From NCBI GenBank assembly GCA_046758865.1, contig JBHIBD010000003.1, forward strand, positions 4,440-68,439: a stretch of 64,000 bases of DNA, written 5' to 3'. The notes beneath the pieces are model-generated. The model did no database searches. It was not told where the DNA came from and saw only the letters and a list, made by a program, of their open reading frames with translations. Positions 39,276 to 47,951 of the stretch are shown piece by piece. Source of the stretch: Candidatus Brocadiales bacterium (GTDB taxonomy: Bacteria > Planctomycetota > Brocadiia > Brocadiales > Bathyanammoxibiaceae). The position numbers were made by a program, and so were the translations under genes. How positions within the stretch are numbered: the stretch's first letter is position 1; the number at the start of each line of letters is the position of its first letter.

Positions 39276-40294
39276 TTACCCGCTTCCTTCCTTACGCACT
39301 CCGCCTCTCTAAGGTACTTGGCCGCATTTTCTGGTGGCACTGGATTTATGTAGAAGCCTGTGCCCCATTCGAAACCAGCCATCCGGGTCAATCTGGGGAT
39401 GACCTCAATGTGCCAATGGTAATAATCCAACTCCGTCTGGTTAAATGGGCTGGTGTGGACTATAAAATTGTATGGCGGCTCTTCTAAGGCACTTTCCAGG
39501 CTGCAGAGGGCAGACCTCAATGTCTCCGCAAGTTCCTCAACCTCGGACTTCTGTATATTCTCGAAGTGAGAAGAATGGTTCCTGGGAACTATCCAGAGCT
39601 CAAACGGAAATCGGGATGCAAAAGGTGCAAATGTGATAAAATTCTCACCCTCCATTACCACCCTGTCCTTAGCAGAACTCTCCTGCACCATCATGTCGCA
39701 GAAGAGGCACCTGCCCCTGTACCTGTAAAATGTTAGGGAGCCTTCCATCTCAGACGCTACAACCAGTGGCACGATTGGGGTAACGATGAGCTGGGTATGG
39801 GTGTGTTCCAGGCTCGCCCCGGCAGCCGCACCCACGTTTTTAAACAGCATTCCGTAGATGAACCTCTTGTCCTTTTTTAGGTCCACCAGCCTGTCCCTGT
39901 ATGTCCAGAGCACCTCTTGTACGTGGGCGGGAGCAAGAGCTGAGAGGGATATCTCGTGTTGCGGGCATTCTACTATCACCTCATGGGCACCCACCCCGTT
40001 CATCAGGTCGTATATACCGTCGCCCCGCTTTTGCAGGCCTCCTCCTATTACCAGGGCAGGATATTTGTTGGGTACAACCCTCACTCTCCAGCCCCTGGTA
40101 TTGGGTTCAGTGCCCCTCTCTCTGTAGGCCATAATCTCTGGCGGGGTCTTGTCCTCATTGCCCTCACAGAACGGACAGAAGCCACCACCTTTAATGCCGT
40201 GTGGTGGGGCCTTGAAGTCAGTGGGCCTAAGGGCCCTCTCTGTGGCAATAATTACCCAACGTCCTGACACTGGCTCTTTTCTTAGTTCTGGCAT
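39272..40294 (-). CDS. galT: Galactose-1-phosphate uridylyltransferase family (HIT-type nucleotidyl transferase)
   Basis: CPFCEGNE zinc site and SLEHTHTQLIV (HxHxQ). It overlaps the glgA start by 4 nt. Confidence 0.8.
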   Translation of the reverse strand: MPELRKEPVSGRWVIIATERALRPTDFKAPPHGIKGGGFCPFCEGNEDKTPPEIMAYRERGTEPNTRGWRVRVVPNKYPALVIGGGLQKRGDGIYDLMNGVGAHEVIVECPQHEISLSALAPAHVQEVLWTYRDRLVDLKKDKRFIYGMLFKNVGAAAGASLEHTHTQLIVTPIVPLVVASEMEGSLTFYRYRGRCLFCDMMVQESSAKDRVVMEGENFITFAPFASRFPFELWIVPRNHSSHFENIQKSEVEELAETLRSALCSLESALEEPPYNFIVHTSPFNQTELDYYHWHIEVIPRLTRMAGFEWGTGFYINPVPPENAAKYLREAECVRKEAGK

Positions 40295-40548
40295 GTGGGC
40301 TCCTTTTTATACCTATCCAAGGTACTTTTTTAAGAAATCCATGGTGGGCACGTTAAGGTTGAGATGTGGTGTCCAAGAAAGACTTCTCTGCTTACGTTGC
40401 TGGCCATTTCCTACCTCCCCATAACAAATTCGTGTGTGCCATAACTACATGATGCCACATAGGTTATAAGTAGCAAGGGGTGAATTCCCCGGAAACTGAT
40501 TTTAAAACCCATGTGTACTAAAATCAAGTAGAAAGGGTGTTAGTGTGC

Positions 40549-41910
40549 TCAGCCCTTGGGTTGTTCCTTTGGATGGGTTATCCTTTGCCAGTAGTCTTCG
40601 TATTGGAACTGCGAGCTGTGTTCAGGGTCGTGGCAGGTCTTACAGTCCCGGGGTTCCAGTTTACCATAGCCGTCGGTTTTAAGCCCCTTTAGGGCCATTT
40701 CTACGTGTTGGCTACCTGGGCCATGGCAGCCCTCGCACCCGGTGCCCTTCAGTCCAGGCGTTTTCTCCAGTGACGTGAAGCCGCTCTCGTAATAGAGACC
40801 GGTGACATGGCAGGATACACATTCGGGGTCGTAGTCGTGTCCTACCCTGACCAGGGTCTCATAGGCCAGGGCGTGGGCAGTCGTCTTCCAGTGCAGGAAG
40901 GTTGCCTGGTGGCACGTGCCACAGATGGTGTTACCGGCGTAGGTAAATCCCTCGGTATTAGAAAATTTCTCTACCCTGCCCAGGAGGTCTTCGTCCTTTA
41001 GCCTCTGCTGATAGTTGGTGAGGAGGGCGAGCATCTGGCTAGAATCCGTGTAATGGTCATCCAGTGTAACCATCTCCAGATGTGTCTTTCCATCATGGGG
41101 ACGATAACGGAAGAGCCCGATGTACTTCCCCTTATTTCCACTTGTAGCTACTATGGTCTCACCAACGGTTGTAACTATGGGGTGGTCTATGTTATGGCCC
41201 GATATAACGAGTTGAAACTCTGGAAAGGCCTCGGCCAGCCTTCTCGACTCCTCAAGGTCTGCGTGAGATAGAAGGATTAACAGGTCCATGTCTTTGAGTT
41301 CTTGGATTAATGGGCCGATTGCCTCGGAAGGAGGTATTATTTCCACCCCCCATGGCGTGGTCCCAAGGAGTTTTGGGGAGAGTACACCCAGAATGCCTAT
41401 CTTTATCTGCCTGTCATCCACCATGACATCTCTGATAATATACGGGTATACCTTTATGCCCAGCGTCTCCGACAGCAGGATGTTGGAGGAGAGTAGTTTA
41501 ACCGGGCTTGAGTAGAAGACGTAACTAAGCACTTCCGGACCCATCCCCAGGTCCTTTTCCCCCAGGTTATGGAGTACGTATTGCATCTCCCCGAGGGCCT
41601 GTACCAGCGTCTCCATCTTAATCTCATCTTGTCTCTTCCAGTGGCCAGTGAGGTCTCCCAGGCCCAGGGGCAGAACCGTCTGATTTCCCTGTTGTATGGA
41701 CAAGAATAGGCTATGTCTCTTGGCTATACCGCCCATGGGGGTTTTTTCGCAACCGCAGGGTTCCAGGTATCCGGTCTCCTCGCCACTGAACGCTATCATA
41801 AGCTCCGTGCTATGATTATGTGGGTTGTGTGGACCATATGAAGTGCCGTAGGCGCAACTTATGGAGAGGGATGTCAAGAGACAGAAGAGCATAAAACCCA
41901 ATGGTCTCAT
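40549..41910 (-). CDS. Fusion of an UshA/5-prime-nucleotidase-like (metallophosphoesterase-fold) domain and a tetrahaem cytochrome c
   Basis: Signal peptide; LILLSHADLEES...LVISGHNIDHP; four CxxCH motifs (CGTCH, CVSCH, CEGCH, CKTCH). Confidence 0.75.
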   Translation of the reverse strand: MRPLGFMLFCLLTSLSISCAYGTSYGPHNPHNHSTELMIAFSGEETGYLEPCGCEKTPMGGIAKRHSLFLSIQQGNQTVLPLGLGDLTGHWKRQDEIKMETLVQALGEMQYVLHNLGEKDLGMGPEVLSYVFYSSPVKLLSSNILLSETLGIKVYPYIIRDVMVDDRQIKIGILGVLSPKLLGTTPWGVEIIPPSEAIGPLIQELKDMDLLILLSHADLEESRRLAEAFPEFQLVISGHNIDHPIVTTVGETIVATSGNKGKYIGLFRYRPHDGKTHLEMVTLDDHYTDSSQMLALLTNYQQRLKDEDLLGRVEKFSNTEGFTYAGNTICGTCHQATFLHWKTTAHALAYETLVRVGHDYDPECVSCHVTGLYYESGFTSLEKTPGLKGTGCEGCHGPGSQHVEMALKGLKTDGYGKLEPRDCKTCHDPEHSSQFQYEDYWQRITHPKEQPKG

Positions 41911-42932
41911 TAGCCTTCCCTAACAACACCGTAGATTGGGACTGTCAAGAGTGGTTGGTCCTTACTGGTAGTGTGTATCTGGAGGCTGCCTTCGAGTCTT
42001 CCTGTAGGCACGTCTTTGCTGAGGATTACCTCCAACCGGTGGAAGTAATTGGTGCTGCCAGGCATAAGGTGCAGACTGAAGTAATCGGGTTTGACGCCAA
42101 ATCTCTCCAGCTTCACTTCCTTCCTGTGTATGGTAATCAGTATCTGCCTTATGGCCTCTTTGCCCCTCTGCACTACACCATAAGAGATTCTGGTTGGGAA
42201 GACAGATACATCACTTATTATCTCACCAAAGAACGGTATGGTTAAAACGGGTTGCCTCTTGCTGTTTGTAAATACCTGAATGTCTCCTGCAAATCTACCC
42301 AAAGGGGCCTCTTTCTTGGTAGATACCTCGAGCATGTAGACATTCTCCTCGCCCCTCTTTTTATAGCGCAGCTTCAATACAGGACTGGTCGACCTAACCT
42401 TGGTGACCTTCAGCCTCAGGTCTGTCAGGGGTTTTATCTCAAGCTCTTTGGTGGCAGATTGCCCCAACCTTATCTGATTAAACCACAGGCGTCGTGGTTC
42501 AGCAACGACCTCCTCCAAGACGTTCGCCTCTATGGTCAGGACGTAGTGCGGCGCCTCGGGGTCATTGGTGTCAACAGTCACTGTCTTGCGGACATTACCG
42601 ACAAAGACATCTGTCTGGAAGGTTACCTCTATCTCGGCCTGGGCACCAGGCGGCATGGTCTTCTGAGAGGGGGCCGCCGCCGTGCAGCCACAGGAGGTCC
42701 TGACGTTTTCTATCAGCAAATCACCAGTACCGTCATTTTTGAACGTAAACCCATGAGTAGCCCGTTCCCCCTTATAAACATTGCCAAAGTTGTGTGAGTC
42801 CTCCTCAAAAACTATGCGGGGCACCTTCCTGGTCTCTGCTGCCTGGAGCGAGTTTTCCCCAATCCCCCAGGATATGAGGGCCACAAGGTATAGAAAGAGG
42901 CATATGGGACCTGTGTTCATGGTTAGAAACAA
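41910..42932 (-). CDS. DUF1573-domain secreted protein (multiple Ig-like repeats)
   Basis: FGNVYKGERATHGFTFKNDGTGDLLIENVRTSCGCT. Its stop overlaps the start of the cytochrome gene. Confidence 0.8.
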   Translation of the reverse strand: MFLTMNTGPICLFLYLVALISWGIGENSLQAAETRKVPRIVFEEDSHNFGNVYKGERATHGFTFKNDGTGDLLIENVRTSCGCTAAAPSQKTMPPGAQAEIEVTFQTDVFVGNVRKTVTVDTNDPEAPHYVLTIEANVLEEVVAEPRRLWFNQIRLGQSATKELEIKPLTDLRLKVTKVRSTSPVLKLRYKKRGEENVYMLEVSTKKEAPLGRFAGDIQVFTNSKRQPVLTIPFFGEIISDVSVFPTRISYGVVQRGKEAIRQILITIHRKEVKLERFGVKPDYFSLHLMPGSTNYFHRLEVILSKDVPTGRLEGSLQIHTTSKDQPLLTVPIYGVVREG

Positions 42933-43055
42933 ATGCCTACAATACTATATAAGTCTCTATAATAAGACATGATACTTCAGCTCCCCCAGATGGTCAAGAG
43001 GTAAAGGGAATGTTGTTGAATTAGGGGTGAGGGTTTTTGTAATATCCTGTTCTTT

Positions 43056-43085
43056 GTAGGGGCAACTCTCTACGGTTGCCCCTAC
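43056..43085. repeat. Family D palindrome GTAGGGGCAAC-N8-GTTGCCCCTAC
   Basis: Perfect 11-bp stem, 25 bp upstream of the propeller gene start. Confidence 0.85.
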
Positions 43086-43109
43086 TACCCACTATAAAGA
43101 GGGGATGAG

Positions 43110-44396
43110 ATGGCTCGTCCCATATGGCGCTGCCTTGTAGTCGTTTTCTTCTTGCTACTTACAGGAGGAGACCTCTGCAAAACCCTGCGCAACTGTCATT
43201 CCTTCGCTTCACTCAGGACGGCGTCTGAGGGAGTGAAACGACCGAAGAATCTCCAAGACACGAGATTCTTCGCTTCGCTCAGAATGACACCGACTATTAG
43301 AGCGCCTTTGGCAGATGACCCAGGAGATACCTCCTTCGCCGGGGCTATGGCGCCCTGGCCCATGTTCCGTCACGACCCGCAGCGCACGGGGTTAAGCCAG
43401 TATGCGGGCAGCGACAGGGGTGCAGTCAAGTGGTGTTTTAAAACGGGGGATGAGGTGAACTCTTCGCCCGCAATAGGGGAGGACGGCACCATATACTTTG
43501 GTTCACTTGATGGTAACATATATGCTGTTACGCAGGAGGGTAACCTAAAGTGGCGTTATTCTGTAGGTAGTGAGGTCTATTCCTCTCCCGCTTTGGGCAG
43601 TAACGGCAATATATACATCTGTTCGTGGAGTGGCAGCATCCTTGCGCTGGATACTGAAGGTAGTCTCAGGTGGAAGGTACAGATACACGGCAGGATTACC
43701 TCATCTCCAGTGGTTTCAAATACAGAGGGGGGTAAAGGAGATGTCCTGTACGTGGGCTCCGACGATTACCGTCTGTATGCCATGAGTGGTGAAGGTCTAG
43801 GGATAAAATGGGCCTTCAACACCAGGAAGTATGTTGATTCGTCCCCCGCCATTGGGCCCGACGGTACGGTATATGTCGGCTCTAATGATGCCTTTCTTTA
43901 TGCCATTGACCCCGACGGTATGCTGAAGTGGCGGTTCAATACATCAGGTGCCGTGACCTCCTCCCCGGCAGTAGCGAGTGATAGCACGGTGTACGTGGGC
44001 TCCAGCAGTGGTGTCCTCTATGCCCTGGGAAGTAATGGCACTCTCAAGTGGAGTATTAAGGTGCCGCATTGGATAGACTCTTCTCCTGCTATTGGACCAA
44101 AGGGAGGGGTTTACTTCGGCTCAAATGATGGTAAACTCTCTGCGATTACCAGTGAAGGCGCCCTGAGGTGGATATACCGTACAGGGGGCGTTATTACCTC
44201 GTCGCCAGCGGTAGATAAGGACGGCAATGTGTACGTGGGCTCGTGGGATGGAAGTCTCTACGCTATAGACGGTGACGGAATGTTGAGGTGGACACACCAT
44301 ACACAGGGGCCTGTTCGCTCATCGCCCGCCATCGGAGCCGATGGCACGATATACTTTGGCTCTGCAGACGGCAGACTCTATGCGGTTGGAGAATAA
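43110..44396 (+). CDS. PQQ-like (BamB-type) beta-propeller repeat protein, secreted; carries a repeat-derived insert after the signal peptide
   Basis: Signal peptide MARPIWRCLVVVFFLLLTGG, then eight or more repeats of the DGTIYxGSxDGxLYA...G.L.W type. Confidence 0.8.
   Translation: MARPIWRCLVVVFFLLLTGGDLCKTLRNCHSFASLRTASEGVKRPKNLQDTRFFASLRMTPTIRAPLADDPGDTSFAGAMAPWPMFRHDPQRTGLSQYAGSDRGAVKWCFKTGDEVNSSPAIGEDGTIYFGSLDGNIYAVTQEGNLKWRYSVGSEVYSSPALGSNGNIYICSWSGSILALDTEGSLRWKVQIHGRITSSPVVSNTEGGKGDVLYVGSDDYRLYAMSGEGLGIKWAFNTRKYVDSSPAIGPDGTVYVGSNDAFLYAIDPDGMLKWRFNTSGAVTSSPAVASDSTVYVGSSSGVLYALGSNGTLKWSIKVPHWIDSSPAIGPKGGVYFGSNDGKLSAITSEGALRWIYRTGGVITSSPAVDKDGNVYVGSWDGSLYAIDGDGMLRWTHHTQGPVRSSPAIGADGTIYFGSADGRLYAVGE
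43179..43289. repeat. Family B palindromic element (two inverted units, about 111 bp) lying inside the CDS
   Basis: The ends aaaaccctgcgcaactgtcattc and gaatgaca, plus an inner perfect 11-bp stem cgaagaatctc-N8-gagattcttcg. The 5-prime and 3-prime ends match the intergenic copy at 27089-27174. Confidence 0.8.
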
Positions 44397-44403
44397 CAAC
44401 ATT

Positions 44404-45588
44404 ATGGCCAGAAAAGAACACTACAGGATGCTCAAAAATCCTTTCTACTTCTTATTGGTTGCAGTGGTAGTTTTCAGTAATTCGACTGGAAGTGCCTCGG
44501 GAGAGGATTCTAAGATACCCTGGCAGATGTTCAGGAATAATCCGCTCCACACCGGACGGAGTCAGTACTCCGGCCCCACGGATGGTGTCCCCAAATGGAA
44601 GTTTCTTACCGCAGGCAAAGTCACGTCTTCTCCAGCGGTAGGCCCTGATGGCACTATCTACGTGGGCTCTGAAGATAGTGTGCTCTACGCAGTTACCCCC
44701 GGAGGCAAGAAAAAGTGGGAGTTTTCCACCGAGGGTGGAATCACCTCATCGCCCGCTATCGGTTCAGACGGCACAATCTACGTGGGCTCAAGAGACAAGA
44801 AACTTTATGCCGTCAATAACGACGGCACCCTAAGGTGGACCTATGAGACGGGCGGAAGTATTTTTTCGTCACCCACCCTGACGCCAGACGGAACGATCTA
44901 TGTAGGTTCTAGCGACTACAAGCTCCACGCCATCAGTCAAGACGGCAGCCCCAAATGGAAATACGAGGCACCAAGCCCCATTAGCTCTACCGCCAGCATC
45001 GGGCCGGATGGTACCGTGTATTTCGGAACGAATGGTGGGGTAGTGTTTGCCCTGGACACAAGTGGCAGACTTAAGTGGACCAGGAGGATAGGTAGAGACA
45101 TATACGCCTCGTACTCTTCACCGGCCATTACACCCAATGAATGGGTGTTTATTGGCTCCGAGAACGGCCGCCTCTACGGCCTGGATAAGGAAGGGAAGGT
45201 CGTATTCCGGGCACAGGCGGGCAAAGCCGTGCATGCCTCACCGGCCATCGATGCGGACGGCGCCGTATATTTCGGCTCCTACGACGGCAACTTTTATGTA
45301 ATAACCAAAGACGGTCACCTCAAGTGGTCTTACAAGACTGGTGGCATCATCGAGTCTTCCCCGGCATTGGGGGCTGATGGGAGTGTATACTTTGGTACGG
45401 GTGAACTGGAAGGGGCCAGGGGGAGAGTCGGACGGCTGTACGCTATCGACTCCGATGGTAAGTTGCTGTGGAAATGTGAGACAGAGGATTGGATAGAGTC
45501 TTCACCAGCAATAGGCCCTGACGGCACCATCTACGTAGGCTCCAATGACCACAATCTCTACGCCATTGGTTCACCCTCTGCTAAATAG
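44404..45588 (+). CDS. PQQ-like beta-propeller repeat protein, secreted (paralogue)
   Basis: Start at MARKEHYRMLKNPFYFLLVAVVVF (signal peptide). The ORF-track start at 44341 overlaps the upstream gene. Confidence 0.82.
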   Translation: MARKEHYRMLKNPFYFLLVAVVVFSNSTGSASGEDSKIPWQMFRNNPLHTGRSQYSGPTDGVPKWKFLTAGKVTSSPAVGPDGTIYVGSEDSVLYAVTPGGKKKWEFSTEGGITSSPAIGSDGTIYVGSRDKKLYAVNNDGTLRWTYETGGSIFSSPTLTPDGTIYVGSSDYKLHAISQDGSPKWKYEAPSPISSTASIGPDGTVYFGTNGGVVFALDTSGRLKWTRRIGRDIYASYSSPAITPNEWVFIGSENGRLYGLDKEGKVVFRAQAGKAVHASPAIDADGAVYFGSYDGNFYVITKDGHLKWSYKTGGIIESSPALGADGSVYFGTGELEGARGRVGRLYAIDSDGKLLWKCETEDWIESSPAIGPDGTIYVGSNDHNLYAIGSPSAK

Positions 45589-45615
45589 CTGGGACCCAAC
45601 GAAGGAAAGAAAAAG

Positions 45616-45826
45616 ATGTAGCGTGCAATCCTCGCCATAGGCGAGTCCGCCATTTGTTGGGCGTGACCCGCATCGGACGAAAGAGGCAACCCCTTCTGTC
45701 ATTGCTTCGGGGCTATGCCCCTCGCAATGACGAGTGACTGGGTTATTGTGAGATGTGACGCCACATCGGGTACGGAGACCCGACGCTACAAAATACCTAA
45801 TAATGTAGGGTGCGTCTCGACGCACC
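45616..45826. repeat. Mosaic of repeat modules E (45616-45680), A (45698-45731), E-tail (45762-45785) and C (45809-45826)
   Basis: Each module recurs elsewhere in the window (27172, 21588, 27206, 21564). Confidence 0.8.
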
Positions 45827-45834
45827 ACTGTTTG

Positions 45835-46515
45835 CTATCTTCGCGACAGCTCTCTAATCCTTTCCATTATCTCATCGGTCATCCTACGCAGCGTCTCCTT
45901 GTCGGGCTTCTCTATGTTATTAAATCTTATGGGCCTTCCGTACGTAATGGTAAGTCTTGTAAAACGCGGGAGTATGGCGCCCTTGGGCAACACCCCATAG
46001 GCACCGGCAATATAGACGGGCAGCACAGGTACGTGGCTCTTATGCGACAACATCGCCACGCCCGGATGTCCTTGCCCAACCTTGCCATCTACCTTTCCCC
46101 ATCCCTCTGGAAAGATACCCAATACACCGTTCTTCTTGAGTACATTTAGTCCAGTAACCAAGGCCTCCTTGTTTAGACCCCTTTCCTTTACAGGAATGGC
46201 CTTATGCATTCGGTAAAACCACCATCCCCAGCTCTCGTAATATATGGACTCCACCATATAGGTTATCCTCCTGGGGCAGGCCACTTGTAGGACCCAGGGA
46301 TCAATGAGACTAAAGTGGTTAGCAGCCAAAATGATAGGCCCTTTAGTTGGCACATACTGCCTACTTCTCACCTCAAGCCTGAAGAAGAGCTTTAGGACAA
46401 TTATGGATATAAATGTCGTAATTTTGTATGCTACATATCCAACAAAGTCATAAAACAAAGCGCCAAGTTTGATAAACAGCGCCTTCGGCCCTCTCTTAGA
46501 CCTTTCCAAAGGCAT
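45835..46515 (-). CDS. plsC: 1-acyl-sn-glycerol-3-phosphate acyltransferase family
   Basis: NHFSLIDPW (HxxxxD) and GIFPEG motifs. Confidence 0.85.
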   Translation of the reverse strand: MPLERSKRGPKALFIKLGALFYDFVGYVAYKITTFISIIVLKLFFRLEVRSRQYVPTKGPIILAANHFSLIDPWVLQVACPRRITYMVESIYYESWGWWFYRMHKAIPVKERGLNKEALVTGLNVLKKNGVLGIFPEGWGKVDGKVGQGHPGVAMLSHKSHVPVLPVYIAGAYGVLPKGAILPRFTRLTITYGRPIRFNNIEKPDKETLRRMTDEIMERIRELSRR

Positions 46516-46834
46516 CCCTTTACACCTCCGCTGCCCTTAAAGCTTCTCTCTTACTGCAAACCGGCTCTAAGATATTTACCCTACACGACATATTATAACC
46601 GATGAAAACATCAGCAACCAGACCTTGGGGTATCAAGGACGGCATTCACCTTTGCAGAAGTACCCTTGTTGACAGGGATTATAGCGTTCGCCGCCACGCC
46701 CTTCAACTATTTTCTTCGCCATCAAAAAGGGCTTGACAAAACCTCCCATAGGGATTAAAAAGTATGTTAAGGACTGGCTTTTATTGACTTAAGGGTTGAA
46801 TCCATTTTAGGTTAAAAAGAGCATCGGTGTGCTT

Positions 46835-46864
46835 AGAGAGTGGGCCTTTCCACTCTTTTATTTT
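46835..46864 (+). terminator. Intrinsic-terminator-like hairpin in the nusA leader (possible attenuator)
   Basis: 9-bp stem agagagtgg/ccactcttt (one G-U pair), 6-nt loop, then TATTTT, ending 7 nt before the AGGAGG RBS of nusA. Confidence 0.5.
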
Positions 46865-46884
46865 GGCCTTTAGGAGGGTATCCA

Positions 46885-47925
46885 GTGGACAGGGAAGAGC
46901 TTCTCAGGCTGGTAGAAACCCTGCGCAGAGACAAGGATATAGACAAAGAGATAGTATTCCAGGGTATAGAGGCCGCACTTATGTCGGCCGCCAGGAAACA
47001 CTTTGTCCACAGGGAAGACATTACCATAAAAATAGATAGGACAACCGGGGAACTCATTGCTAAGGAAGGAGATAGAAGAATAGACCCCGCAGAGCTGGGC
47101 CGAATAAGTGCTCAAACCGCCAAACAAGTCATGATACAAAAGATAAGGGAGGCGGAGAGGAACGCCATTTACGACGAGTTTATAAAGAGAAAAGGCACTA
47201 TTGTTACAGGTACTGTACAGCGCCTTGAGGGTCCCAATATTATAATCAACCTGGGGAAGACCGAAGGTCTATTACCAAGGGCAGAGCAGATTACGGACGA
47301 GGCATATCGCCCTGGTGACAGGGTTCGTGCCCTGCTCCTTGACGTAAAAAAGGTGTCCCAGAGGGTAAGGCTGGTACTATCGAGGAGTCATCCCGACTTC
47401 GTGAGAAAACTGTTTGAGCTAGAGGTACCCGAGATATCAGAGCAGGTAATCGAAATTAAGGCGATAGCAAGAGAGGCAGGGTACAGGACCAAGATTGCCG
47501 TCCTGTCACAAGACCCACATGTAGACTGTGTGGGTGCCTGCGTTGGAGTCCGTGGCACAAGGATTAAGAACATAGTTGATGAGCTAGTCGGAGAAAAGAT
47601 AGACATCATCCGCTGGGATGAGGCTCCCGAGGCGCTGATACCCAACACCCTTAAACCTGCAGAGATTATCGGGATTATGCTGTCCCCGGAGACACACCAG
47701 GCAACAGTGGTAGTGCCTAACGATCAGCTCTCACTTGCTATCGGAAAGAGAGGGCAAAATGTTCGACTAGCCTCCAAACTTACGTCCTGGGACATAGATA
47801 TACTTACCGAGGAAGAACTCTCTCAGAAAGAGATTGTGGCCGAGAAAGATGCCACCCCAGGGCAGACACCTTCCGGGGACGACCAAGAGGAGTTTGCGGC
47901 CTCCACCCCGGACAATAATGATTGA
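46885..47925 (+). CDS. nusA: Transcription termination/antitermination factor NusA
   Basis: The GTG at 46885 has AGGAGG 7 nt upstream. S1 and KH domains are present (GTVQRLEG..., LAIGKRGQNVRLASKLT). Confidence 0.92.
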   Translation: MDREELLRLVETLRRDKDIDKEIVFQGIEAALMSAARKHFVHREDITIKIDRTTGELIAKEGDRRIDPAELGRISAQTAKQVMIQKIREAERNAIYDEFIKRKGTIVTGTVQRLEGPNIIINLGKTEGLLPRAEQITDEAYRPGDRVRALLLDVKKVSQRVRLVLSRSHPDFVRKLFELEVPEISEQVIEIKAIAREAGYRTKIAVLSQDPHVDCVGACVGVRGTRIKNIVDELVGEKIDIIRWDEAPEALIPNTLKPAEIIGIMLSPETHQATVVVPNDQLSLAIGKRGQNVRLASKLTSWDIDILTEEELSQKEIVAEKDATPGQTPSGDDQEEFAASTPDNND

Positions 47926-47951
47926 CACATAAAGCAGAGAAGGCGACCTAG

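Noticed and set aside
44341-44403. The upstream-extended start of the second propeller gene (ORF track 44341).
   Set aside because: The extension overlaps the 3-prime end of the first propeller gene. The ATG at 44404 gives a normal signal peptide and has GGAGAA upstream.
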